Source of the DNA: an uncultured Candidatus Saccharibacteria bacterium
Lineage (GTDB): Bacteria > Patescibacteriota > Saccharimonadia > Saccharimonadales > JAGQNJ01
DNA length: 64,000 nt
Direction of reading: 5' to 3'
NCBI GenBank assembly: GCA_964584895.1
Contig: CAZPAW010000001.1
Span: 270,183 to 334,182 of the forward strand
The position numbers and the translations under genes are program-made. Below are positions 28,162 through 36,905 of the stretch, piece by piece. The first letter of the stretch is position 1, and each line of letters opens with the position of its first letter. The notes under the pieces were generated by a model. That model had not been told where the DNA came from. It worked only from the letters and a program-made list of their open reading frames with translations, and did no database searches.

Positions 28162-28803
28162 ATGATTATTGGTCTTGCCTCGCTTGTTGTAGTTTTTTTT
28201 CTGATAAAATTTGCTGAAAAACTTCGACGAGATCATCACCTTCGACCAGAAGTGACGCGAAAATTTGTCCATATGACAGTCGGTTCATTTGTGGCATTTT
28301 GGCCGTTTTTTATGCCTAGTTGGATGATTTATATTTTGTCTTTTGCATTTTTGGCTGTTGTACTGGCATCTCGGTATTTGGGATGGTTTCACTCTATCCA
28401 TGCCGTACATCGGCAAACTTGGGGCGATATTCTGTTTCCGATTGGTATAATAACCACGCTTTACCTTGCAAATTCTGATTGGATATTCGTAGTTGCAATG
28501 TTGCATCTCGGACTTGCCGACGGGGTTGCGGCTTTAGCTGGAGTAAAATGGGGCGAAAAAACTAGCTATAAGATTCATGGCTTTAGAAAATCAGTTGTTG
28601 GAAACTTTGCGTTTTTTTGCACATCAATAGCAATACTCTGTGTTCTAACATTTGGTTTTGACGTTGGGTTTAGTCAGTTAGGTATTTTTAGTATTACTGT
28701 TATTGCTATGCTGGCTACATTTTTTGAGACTGTATCAGTAAGAGGATCTGATAATATAATTGTGCCGATACTAATTACAATTATTTTAAATAATATTCTG
28801 TAG
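28162..28803 (+). CDS. Polytopic membrane protein, CdsA/dolichol(phytol)-kinase-like CTP-transferase superfamily
   Basis: About 6 TM segments. LGLADGVAALAGVKWG resembles the cytidylyltransferase/polyprenol kinase signature. Family-level call only. Confidence 0.45.
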   Translation: MIIGLASLVVVFFLIKFAEKLRRDHHLRPEVTRKFVHMTVGSFVAFWPFFMPSWMIYILSFAFLAVVLASRYLGWFHSIHAVHRQTWGDILFPIGIITTLYLANSDWIFVVAMLHLGLADGVAALAGVKWGEKTSYKIHGFRKSVVGNFAFFCTSIAILCVLTFGFDVGFSQLGIFSITVIAMLATFFETVSVRGSDNIIVPILITIILNNIL

Positions 28804-28827
28804 ATTAGATAGGATATAATTAATAGT

Positions 28828-29370
28828 ATGAGAAATAAACTAAAACAACATCTAGAAGATTATTTAAGCGAGTTTGTGTATGGGGGGATTGATGGTGCCG
28901 TAACAACATTTGCAGTTGTTGCTGGGGCTACAGGAGCAGGGTTTGATACAAAAATTTTGTTAGTACTTGGCTTTTCTAATTTGATTGCAGATGGTTTTTC
29001 GATGAGCGTGGGATCATATTTGTCATCAAAATCATCAATTGAGTTGATGGAGAAAAAAGGTCAGTCAACTAAAGATGAAGCCTCGCCTGTTATAAATGGC
29101 TTGATGACTTACTCGGCATTTATTCTTGTTGGACTAGTCCCGTTGTTATCTTATACTTTTGATTTAATATTCAATATGGAAAGCAATAGTTTGTTTGCAA
29201 TATCTATTGGTCTTACAGGCCTTGCATTCGTATTAATTGGCTTGCTAAAGAGTAAAGTCGCTCATACGCCTGTTTTAAGAGCTGTAGTAGAGACGGGCAT
29301 TTTAGGTGCCATTGCTGCAAGTCTTGCATATGTTCTAGGGGACTTGCTCGAGCAAATTATTACTAAATAG
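28828..29370 (+). CDS. VIT1/CCC1-family iron/manganese transporter
   Basis: VYGGIDGAVTTFAVVAGATGA N-terminal signature and 4-5 TM segments. Confidence 0.7.
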   Translation: MRNKLKQHLEDYLSEFVYGGIDGAVTTFAVVAGATGAGFDTKILLVLGFSNLIADGFSMSVGSYLSSKSSIELMEKKGQSTKDEASPVINGLMTYSAFILVGLVPLLSYTFDLIFNMESNSLFAISIGLTGLAFVLIGLLKSKVAHTPVLRAVVETGILGAIAASLAYVLGDLLEQIITK

Positions 29371-29407
29371 TATATTTCTGTTTAGTAATGCTTAACTGAT
29401 ACGGCTC

Positions 29408-29416
29408 TGTTATAAT
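29408..29416 (+). promoter_or_regulatory. Extended -10 box (TGtTATAAT), 6 nt before ATG 29423
   Basis: Consensus TGnTATAAT; the gap to the start codon is 6 nt. Confidence 0.5.
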
Positions 29417-29422
29417 ACGCTT

Positions 29423-29800
29423 ATGTTTTTATTGCTAGGTTTTAAGTGGTGGTACTCTTTGGGATGGCAATGGGCTTGGGAACGGACAGTCAAATCGAGA
29501 ATAAAATGGTGTTTTGAGATGTTTTCGGTTAAGGATTTAACACTTTCATTATTTGCACCATTTAAGCAAACATATGCAGGCGGAGTAAGAGGATCACTAA
29601 GCGATCATTTTAGGGCATTTATTGATCGTAGTGTGTCGCGGGTGATTGGTTTTCTTGTTAGATCGATACTAATTATTACTGGGTTGTTGTGTGCGTTATT
29701 TTCACTGGTGAGTGGAGTCTTGCTATTAGTAGTTTGGGCTCTGATTCCGATCGCTCCTGTCTTTGCGCTAGTTTTAATTTTGTTAGGGGTTGGAAAATGA
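29423..29800 (+). CDS. Small membrane protein coupled to the Clp-type ATPase
   Basis: 125 aa with C-terminal TM helices. ATGA overlap with the next gene. Confidence 0.45.
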   Translation: MFLLLGFKWWYSLGWQWAWERTVKSRIKWCFEMFSVKDLTLSLFAPFKQTYAGGVRGSLSDHFRAFIDRSVSRVIGFLVRSILIITGLLCALFSLVSGVLLLVVWALIPIAPVFALVLILLGVGK

Positions 29801-32223
29801 AACCAGCAGTCATAAACCCTAATAGTGATAGAGCAAAAAAAGCCCGAATTGCATTAAAGTTTGACAGTAGTTTTTTTCGCTCGATTCTTTTGTTGATAGT
29901 TGTATCGTCAATCGTATGTTGGGCTGTGTTTGTATTTGCTCAGCATATTGTTATCGCTCACTTGTTGCTTGGTGTGGCTGGAAGTATCTTGTTTGTTTTG
30001 CTGTGGTACTATGGCGAGCTGGCTGATTTGCGTCCACAAGCATCAATTGTTGATGCGGATGACATATCGTTAATTTTAGATCGAAAAATTTTGGCATATA
30101 TTAAGTCAGACAAATTATCCCCAAAACAGCTTGCCCAACTAGTTTCTACTCGTACTGGCGGACAGTTCTTTGCGGCTAGATATGGAATCGGACCTGAATT
30201 TTTAGTCACCTTATCTAGTGATGATCCTGCGACCATGCCGATTATTTGGCAGATGGCAAGGCAAATGTCTAGCAGACTCGGCAGTGATCAAATTAATTCT
30301 GTTTCTATCGCGGCGGCGCTGATATTTGCTATACCAGGTCACGATACCTTTTTGGCAGAATTAAATGTAAAGGCCGATGATGTTGCGCAGGGTGTAGCCT
30401 GGTATGCTCAGATTCAGAAAGTAATCAAACATCATACAGAAAATAAATATGCAGGCGGCTTAGGACGTGATATAGGTTTTGGCTGGACGCCTTTGCTCAA
30501 TCAAATAGGAACCAATGTTACGGATAGCATATCAAGAGGTGGATTGTTGCGTCGCGATGTTGAAGGACATAAAGAATCTATTGATCAGCTTATGCATGTG
30601 TTGAGTCAGCCAGGCAAGCCAAACGCTGTATTAGTCGGTGAGCCAGGAGTTGGCAAAACTACCATTGCTTATGCTTTGGCACAAAAGCTTGTCGAAGAAC
30701 AGGATGATGTGCCGCAAGAGCTTAAATATCATCAAATGATTGCTCTTGATGCCGCTAATTTGATTGCCAATGCGAAAGGTAGAGGCGAGATTGAACAACT
30801 TTTGATTCAGGTTTTCAATGAAGCCATATCGGCAAAAAACATTATTATCTTTTTAGATGAGGCTCAGTTATTCTTGCGCGATGGTACTGGCACAGTTAAT
30901 TTGTCTAGTATTTTATTAAAGGTATTAGAGGGTGGCGGAATAACGATGGTATTGTCTTTAAGCGAGCAGGAATGGCTAAAATTATCGCAAGAAAATGCTG
31001 GATTAGCGCAGTTAATGAATAGGGTTGAAGTAACGCCACTGCCTCAGCCGGATGTACTAAGGGTGATGGAAGATCAAACTTTGTTGCTTGAGGCAGAGCA
31101 TAAGGTTGTTTATATGTATCAATCGTTGCTAGAAGCATACAGGTTAGCAGATAGATTTATTAGCGAACAAGCCTTTCCTGGAAAAGCAATTAAATTACTC
31201 GAAGCGGCGGCAGGATTTAGTGAGCAAAAAATATTTGTCACTGCAAAGTCTGTCCAGCAAGCGGTAGAAAAATCATTTAATGTTAAGGTTCAGACGGCCG
31301 ATACTGCACAGGAAAAAGATGTATTACTTAATCTTGAGGAAAAAATTCATGAACGGATGATTAATCAGACTAGGGCTGTACAATCTGTTAGCGATGCATT
31401 ACGTCGAGCAAGGGCAGGGGTAAGAAACGAGAATAAACCAATAGGAACCTTTTTGTTTTTAGGTCCCACTGGTGTCGGAAAGACAGAGTTATCGAAGTCG
31501 TTAGCATCCGTCTATTTTGGTGGTGACGACAAGATGGTTAGGATTGATTTAAACGAATATTCTCGTCCGAATGACACATCGCGTCTATTAGCGATTGGCG
31601 CACAGGATCCATATAGTTTATGCGCTCAGATTTCTAAACAACCTTTTAGCGTGGTGCTTCTTGATGAAATTGAAAAGGCTCATCCAAATGTATTGAATTT
31701 ACTTCTTCAGATGCTGGATGAAGGAATTTTACGTGACGCACAAAACAAACCAGTTAGTTTTAAGGATGCGATTATTATTGCGACGAGTAATGCTGGCGCA
31801 GACAAGATAAGAGCGCATATTGAAGCCGGGCAAGAGCTGGAAGATTTTGAAGAACAGTTTATTAACGAACTTATTACGTCAAATATTTTTAGACCAGAGT
31901 TTTTGAATCGTTTTGATGAAACAGTTCTATTTAGACCATTAAAACAAGAAGAGCTAATGCAGGTTGTCGATTTGTTGATGGTTGGACTTAATAAAACTTT
32001 AGCGTCGAAGCAAGTTAGTGTATCGCTTAGCCAAGACGCCAAGGTGATACTGACAAAGACTGGTTATGATCCAAGGCTTGGCGCCAGACCATTGCGGCGT
32101 GTCGTACAACGGGCAGTGGAGAATCTTGTAGCCCAAGGCATGCTATCTGGCCAATTAACGGCTGGTCAAACTATGCAGATAAATGGTGAACAAATAAAAC
32201 AAGCGCTAGACAAGCGCTCGTAA
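29797..32223 (+). CDS. Clp/Hsp100-family double AAA+ ATPase with N-terminal TM segments
   Basis: Start at MKPAVINP (ATG 29797). Two hydrophobic helices at residues ~30-85. D1 has GEPGVGKTT and IIFLDEAQ. D2 has GPTGVGKTE and VVLLDEIEKAH. Has the sensor-2 GARPLRR motif. No long M-domain. Confidence 0.8.
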   Translation: MKPAVINPNSDRAKKARIALKFDSSFFRSILLLIVVSSIVCWAVFVFAQHIVIAHLLLGVAGSILFVLLWYYGELADLRPQASIVDADDISLILDRKILAYIKSDKLSPKQLAQLVSTRTGGQFFAARYGIGPEFLVTLSSDDPATMPIIWQMARQMSSRLGSDQINSVSIAAALIFAIPGHDTFLAELNVKADDVAQGVAWYAQIQKVIKHHTENKYAGGLGRDIGFGWTPLLNQIGTNVTDSISRGGLLRRDVEGHKESIDQLMHVLSQPGKPNAVLVGEPGVGKTTIAYALAQKLVEEQDDVPQELKYHQMIALDAANLIANAKGRGEIEQLLIQVFNEAISAKNIIIFLDEAQLFLRDGTGTVNLSSILLKVLEGGGITMVLSLSEQEWLKLSQENAGLAQLMNRVEVTPLPQPDVLRVMEDQTLLLEAEHKVVYMYQSLLEAYRLADRFISEQAFPGKAIKLLEAAAGFSEQKIFVTAKSVQQAVEKSFNVKVQTADTAQEKDVLLNLEEKIHERMINQTRAVQSVSDALRRARAGVRNENKPIGTFLFLGPTGVGKTELSKSLASVYFGGDDKMVRIDLNEYSRPNDTSRLLAIGAQDPYSLCAQISKQPFSVVLLDEIEKAHPNVLNLLLQMLDEGILRDAQNKPVSFKDAIIIATSNAGADKIRAHIEAGQELEDFEEQFINELITSNIFRPEFLNRFDETVLFRPLKQEELMQVVDLLMVGLNKTLASKQVSVSLSQDAKVILTKTGYDPRLGARPLRRVVQRAVENLVAQGMLSGQLTAGQTMQINGEQIKQALDKRS

Positions 32224-32319
32224 AGTTTTATCCTTGTCCTTAACGACTAAACAAATCTTAGTTTTTTGACTGTTAAAAGTAGTAAGTGTACAAGTATAAG
32301 ATTGCATTAGATTTCGACG

Positions 32320-32394
32320 TGGTGCGGGATACCGGAGTCGAACCGGTGTCCTAAGTTTGGAAAACTTATATATTAACCGCTATACGAATCCCGC
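32320..32394 (-). tRNA. tRNA-Gly (UCC)
   Basis: Reverse complement GCGGGAT..TAAGT-TTTCCAA-ACTTA..ACCGG-TTCGACT-CCGGT-ATCCCGC-A-CCA. Confidence 0.9.
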
Positions 32395-32450
32395 ATGAAC
32401 AGAGGGATTATAGCAAACTACTACCTATAACGCACTATTTAAAAGTTTGT

Positions 32451-33932
32451 TTATTGTGTTGCAACGCCGATGATTATTGTATTGTTGTCTCCAGCGAATA
32501 TCTCGACTGTTTTTTTAGTCGCTACATCATAGTTTGTTAGCAAGTAGTCAGAAGTATCGTCACCTGATCCGGTTATTGCAGAATCTGACCCAATGAAAGG
32601 CGCATACAAGATGTTTTTGTTAGCCGAGAACATCAGTGATGGTTGCGAACTATCGTCGGATGTATAGATGCTCTCGTCGTCTGTGTAATATATTGATGTG
32701 TTACTGCCAGCGACAAATCCAACAAGGACTTCTCGATATTTTGGTGTGCCATTTGGATTTTTTTCATTTGCGCTACCAACTGTGGCGACTTTTGTTTTTT
32801 CTAAAGTTTTTAGGTCGAATTTATTTATTGTAAAAGGTCCAGTTAGAGCAATGCCAACGCCCCCATCTACCGAGTTATCAATCGTCCCTTGGGCTGCTAC
32901 TAAAGTTGAAAAATCGTCAGAAATAGCAAATGAACGAGAGCCATAAACTGTGTTCTTAAAGTTTGCTTCTATGGTAGTGATTTTGTCTGTTTCTAGGTCA
33001 CGAATTTTTAGGTCAACAAAATTACCGTCGCAGTTATAACAACCTTCCCAATAGACCATTTTGTTGGCTTGTTCGCTATAGGCTTCGATAAAAACACCAG
33101 GTTTTTTAGAAGTGAAAAGTACTTTTTTGTCGCTTCCGTCCAGATTTATGGATGTGACTTCGTTCCCGCTAGTTGTGTTAGCTTTTAAGAAACCATAGAC
33201 GATAGTCGTGCCTTCTTTAGAGATTTGCAGGCTGGTTAATTGATCGCCAAGTGTATTGCCGTTGTCTGCTTTATCAAATTGAATAACCTCGTTGAACGTT
33301 CTACCTCCGTCGGTGCTGACATTGATTCCAGCATCGGTGTTGTAGGCAACCACATTTTGTTGTACATCAAATTGGTTTATTACTTCGTTTTTTGATAGTT
33401 TTGTAATTTCTGTTCTGTCGCCACCGGTAGCCGGACGCCAGTAAATTGTATAGGGGTCGGTGTCTTTTTCGTGATAGGCGTAGACTACCGTGTCTGGGGT
33501 GTTAGTATTTTCTGGTGTGACTGCCTGCTGGGCTGGTTGTTGAATTGTCGAGTTAGTAGCAGAATCTTTATTCTTTACTAAAAAGTACCAGGCTGCAAAT
33601 CCAATGCCTGCTAGCAAAATTAAAACTAACAATATCTTAATTATTTTTTTACCGTTGTTTTGCTTGCTACTAGATTTTGGTGTATTAGTAATTTGCAATT
33701 CTTCTGGCGAATCATCAGCTAAGACATCCTCGTCAATCTCTGTTTCTGCCGAAAGCATTTCTTTGGTATCTGTATCAGGTTCTTTGGTTGATTGTTCGTC
33801 TTCGTTCATTACTTCTTCAATTGTCTTTGTTTTGTCTATATCGTGTTCGGTTGTTTTGTCGCTAGAATTATCAGTAATTTTAATATTACCCGAGGATTTA
33901 TCTTCGGATTGATCGCTGTTATCTTTTGCCAT
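32451..33932 (-). CDS. Membrane-anchored surface protein with acidic disordered N-terminus and beta-propeller-like body
   Basis: Start at MAKDNSDQ, 5 nt after SD GGGAGGG. Asp/Glu/Thr-rich first 100 aa, one TM (ILLVLILLAGIGFAAWYF), then a repetitive beta-rich region. Fold assignment is tentative. Confidence 0.45.
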   Translation of the reverse strand: MAKDNSDQSEDKSSGNIKITDNSSDKTTEHDIDKTKTIEEVMNEDEQSTKEPDTDTKEMLSAETEIDEDVLADDSPEELQITNTPKSSSKQNNGKKIIKILLVLILLAGIGFAAWYFLVKNKDSATNSTIQQPAQQAVTPENTNTPDTVVYAYHEKDTDPYTIYWRPATGGDRTEITKLSKNEVINQFDVQQNVVAYNTDAGINVSTDGGRTFNEVIQFDKADNGNTLGDQLTSLQISKEGTTIVYGFLKANTTSGNEVTSINLDGSDKKVLFTSKKPGVFIEAYSEQANKMVYWEGCYNCDGNFVDLKIRDLETDKITTIEANFKNTVYGSRSFAISDDFSTLVAAQGTIDNSVDGGVGIALTGPFTINKFDLKTLEKTKVATVGSANEKNPNGTPKYREVLVGFVAGSNTSIYYTDDESIYTSDDSSQPSLMFSANKNILYAPFIGSDSAITGSGDDTSDYLLTNYDVATKKTVEIFAGDNNTIIIGVATQ

Positions 33933-34005
33933 GTTGCCCTCCCTAACGAGCATATGCTTATTTATTGATTTCAGTATATTCGCTAAGTAGTGTATTTTGC
34001 AACTT

Positions 34006-34362
34006 CTAATCTGTTGGTTTTGGCCGATCTTTCTTCAACAATTGTCTTTTGTATGACCTCTCACGATGACAATTTGAGCATACAACTTCACATTTTGCTA
34101 TCTCTATATCTAGTTCTTTGAGGTTATATCTCAATACAAAATCGTTGATTAACCCCCGCTTGTCAGATAGGTGATCAAAATCCATGACATAGTGCGGATA
34201 TTGTTTCCCGCAATCTTTACAAGGAGTGGACGACTTAATGTCTGAAACATATTTGCGCAGTTTTGCACGGTTGGCTCTGTTTCTGTCTAGATACCTTTTT
34301 TTATTGTCATGATAGTGCTGTTTTTGGTAAGCGAGTTGCTTATTGCGGTCTCTGTAGGGCAT
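34006..34362 (-). CDS. Free-standing HNH endonuclease
   Basis: CKDCGK...MDFDHL...N...CSNCH is an HNH/zinc-finger arrangement. Basic N-terminal region. Confidence 0.7.
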   Translation of the reverse strand: MPYRDRNKQLAYQKQHYHDNKKRYLDRNRANRAKLRKYVSDIKSSTPCKDCGKQYPHYVMDFDHLSDKRGLINDFVLRYNLKELDIEIAKCEVVCSNCHRERSYKRQLLKKDRPKPTD

Positions 34363-34449
34363 AATAGGATTCTAACATGCTTATGTCGTTAGAACCATAC
34401 TAATATCTGTAATTATATTTTTACCTAATTGATATATAATTGTTAATGT

Positions 34450-34525
34450 GCCCGAGTAGCTCAGGGGATAGAGCAGGAGTGTTCTAAACTCAAGGTCGTA
34501 GGTTCGAATCCTACCTCGGGTACCA
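34450..34525 (+). tRNA. tRNA-Arg (UCU)
   Basis: Acceptor GCCCGAG/CTCGGGT (G1-U72), anticodon loop GTTCTAA, T arm GTAGG-TTCGAAT-CCTAC, encoded CCA. There is one G-A mismatch at the top of the anticodon stem. Confidence 0.8.
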
Positions 34526-34539
34526 TCAAGAATAATTTT

Positions 34540-34971
34540 ATGAAAGATACTGAAAAATTATCTAATTTTGGACAAGAGCAAGCGTTGGTCAGTTTTATGA
34601 AATCAATGACAGTCAAAGAAGGGGTTGAGTGTGATGTGTATAGTTTTGATGCTGACTCTTCTAAAGACCTAGCTGTTGTTAGTGTTAGCAAGGGCGCTAA
34701 AACACCTTTACAACGAGTACTGTCAGGCGTAACAACGACCGAAGGTTTTTTATCAGGTAAAGGAACCTTATCGGTTGAGTCGCCAGACGGCACAGTAGAG
34801 ACGTTTGAATTCGATGAACAAAATCAGGGCGAGGCTGTCCAAGTCGAGATTGGCCAAATCATGCAGTGGACGGCAGATCCTGAAAGCGAACTAGTTTTTT
34901 ATGAAATATGCGATCCGCCTTATGAAGATGGGCGATACGAAAATCTTCCAGAGCCAGAACGACAAGCTTGA
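34540..34971 (+). CDS. Hypothetical protein (possibly small beta-barrel/cupin-like)
   Basis: 143 aa. Starts 14 nt after the tRNA-Arg CCA with no SD. No diagnostic motif. Confidence 0.4.
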   Translation: MKDTEKLSNFGQEQALVSFMKSMTVKEGVECDVYSFDADSSKDLAVVSVSKGAKTPLQRVLSGVTTTEGFLSGKGTLSVESPDGTVETFEFDEQNQGEAVQVEIGQIMQWTADPESELVFYEICDPPYEDGRYENLPEPERQA

Positions 34972-35015
34972 ATTCGTGTATGTACTAAATTATATAAAAG
35001 TGATATAATATAATT

Positions 35016-35120
35016 ATGTCTGAAAAGAATCCTTCTCAAAAACAAGAGAAGAGTAAGTTTTGGAAATATTTAGCGTTAGGCTTTATAGCCCTTATCGGCG
35101 CCGACATATTACTTGATTGA
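35016..35120 (+). CDS. Possible 34-aa single-TM micro-protein
   Basis: MSEKNPSQKQEKSKFWKYLALGFIALIGADILLD. TATAAT box about 7 nt upstream. Below the track length cutoff. Confidence 0.3.
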   Translation: MSEKNPSQKQEKSKFWKYLALGFIALIGADILLD

Positions 35121-35177
35121 CCTAGATTTAAGAAGTAAAAAATGGTATGTTAACAGATGACTTTATTAGTCAGATTT

Positions 35178-35255
35178 GGTGGCTGTAGCTCAGTTGGTTA
35201 GAGCGTCGGTTTGTGGTACCGAAGGTCGTGGGTTCGAGACCCATCAGCCACCCCA
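35178..35255 (+). tRNA. tRNA-His (GUG) with encoded G-1
   Basis: Extra 5' G pairs with C73. Acceptor GTGGCTG/CAGCCAC, anticodon loop TTGTGGT, encoded CCA. Confidence 0.9.
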
Positions 35256-35293
35256 AAAAAATAGCCACTTTACGGTGGTTTTTTTATTTGGAT

Positions 35294-36814
35294 TTATAAT
35301 TCGTGAACAACGGAGATTTTGGCGCCGAGTGAGTTCAAGCGTTCGGCGATATCCTCGTATCCCCGGTTAATGGTGTAGACATTACGAAGCATTGACGTAC
35401 CCTCTGCTGCTAGCATTCCGATTAGGAGTAAACTTGCGGGCCTAAGTGCGGGTGGCGACACAACATCAGCATGCGTAAATTCTGTTGGGCCATTAATATA
35501 GACACGATAAGGGTCGGCTAGTTCTATGTTTGCACCGATTTTGCTCATCTCTGTGTAATATATCGCACGATTCTCGAACATCCAGTCATGGATCAATGTT
35601 CTTCCTTTGCAAACTGAGGCTATCGGTACAAAGTACGGGATGCAATCAGGATTAACACCGGGCCACAAGTTGGGGTGGAGTTTGTCTTTTAGTGCATGAA
35701 GTGACCCGTCGTGTTTATCGATTGTAATATCTGCTAGGTCTATAACGCCGTTATCGGCCTTGTACGATTTTGATAATCTATAAATTAGGCCCATTTTCTT
35801 CAGCTTTAATAACTCTAGACCAATCCATCGATAAGGAACTCTTTTAATAGTTAATTTTGAATTGGTTGTAATGGCTGTCGAAATAAAGAACATTGCCTCT
35901 ATAGGGTCTTCGGTTGGCGCAAAAGTAATGTTCTTTTTTATGTTTTTTACGCCGTGAATTTTAAGAGTTGTTGTGCCAAACCCTGATATTTTAACACCTA
36001 GTTTTTGTAAAAATAATGTTAAATCCTGAACCATGTAATCTGCGCTGGCTGCAGAAATTGTAGTTTCGCTTGTTGTGCCAGCAGCCGCTAATAGTGCATT
36101 ATTAGTAACCGTATTGCCTTGTTCGTAAAGCACGAAATCACCAGCCGGTTTTTTATTAACGGTTACGTCATATTTGCCTGTTGTTGCTTTTATTGTAACG
36201 CCAAAATTTTCTAGTGCGTATAAGTGTGGCGCAACCGATCTACGTCCCAGTTTGCACCCACCGGCGTAGGGGATTTTGAAGTGACTGTATTCATGCATCA
36301 AAACTCCGAGTAGCATTAATATGCTCCTAGTTTTTACAGCGCTTTTTTTATTAATTTTTTCGAGCTCTAGCTTCGCGGGACGACGAATCTCCAGATCATT
36401 ATTATTGCCCCATTTAATTTTTACCCCTATGCTTTCTAGCACTTCAATGATTCTGTAGACTTCTTCTATTCGAGGGAATGATTTGAATCGTGTTACACCG
36501 TTATTGAGTAAACTAGCGCAAAGCAGGGCAACTGCAGCATTTTTGCTTTGTTTTAAAGTTATTGATCCGCTCAGTTTTCGGCCACCTTCTACGCGCAAAT
36601 TAATAGATTTGTCACTAATGTTAATTAGTGATTTATTCAATACTTCACTAATCCTGCCAAGCATGTCGAGGCTCATATTTTGTCGACCGTGTTCTATACG
36701 ATTTACGGCTGATTGACTAGTTTTTAGTTGTTTTGCAAACTCTGCTTGAGTTAATCCCTTATCTAGTCGTATCTGATAAATTAAGTGCCCAATTTTTTCA
36801 TTTGTGCTTTTCAT
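35294..36814 (-). CDS. murA: XRE-family HTH domain fused to UDP-N-acetylglucosamine 1-carboxyvinyltransferase (MurA)
   Basis: Residues 1-65 are a Cro/C1 HTH (GLTQAEFAKQLKTSQSAVNRIEHG). The remainder is MurA: LSGSITLKQSKNAAVALLCASLL, and the active-site Cys is retained in AGGCKLGRRSV. Confidence 0.85.
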   Translation of the reverse strand: MKSTNEKIGHLIYQIRLDKGLTQAEFAKQLKTSQSAVNRIEHGRQNMSLDMLGRISEVLNKSLINISDKSINLRVEGGRKLSGSITLKQSKNAAVALLCASLLNNGVTRFKSFPRIEEVYRIIEVLESIGVKIKWGNNNDLEIRRPAKLELEKINKKSAVKTRSILMLLGVLMHEYSHFKIPYAGGCKLGRRSVAPHLYALENFGVTIKATTGKYDVTVNKKPAGDFVLYEQGNTVTNNALLAAAGTTSETTISAASADYMVQDLTLFLQKLGVKISGFGTTTLKIHGVKNIKKNITFAPTEDPIEAMFFISTAITTNSKLTIKRVPYRWIGLELLKLKKMGLIYRLSKSYKADNGVIDLADITIDKHDGSLHALKDKLHPNLWPGVNPDCIPYFVPIASVCKGRTLIHDWMFENRAIYYTEMSKIGANIELADPYRVYINGPTEFTHADVVSPPALRPASLLLIGMLAAEGTSMLRNVYTINRGYEDIAERLNSLGAKISVVHEL

Positions 36815-36905
36815 GTATCAAAAAGTATATCACAAGAAGGATAACAATTATTTCCTTTGTTGCACTGCTTGCAATGGTTTACAATAGACTTTCAGAAGTA
36901 TTGGT

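Noticed and set aside
33604-33912. 102-aa plus-strand ORF
   Set aside because: It is antisense to the acidic N-terminal region of the surface protein gene, and its translation is Ser-rich and low-complexity.
35256-35293. Possible bidirectional terminator between tRNA-His and murA (A7 ... T9)
   Set aside because: The A-run and T-run are present, but the intervening stem is only about 4 bp (CCAC/GTGG), which is too weak to call.
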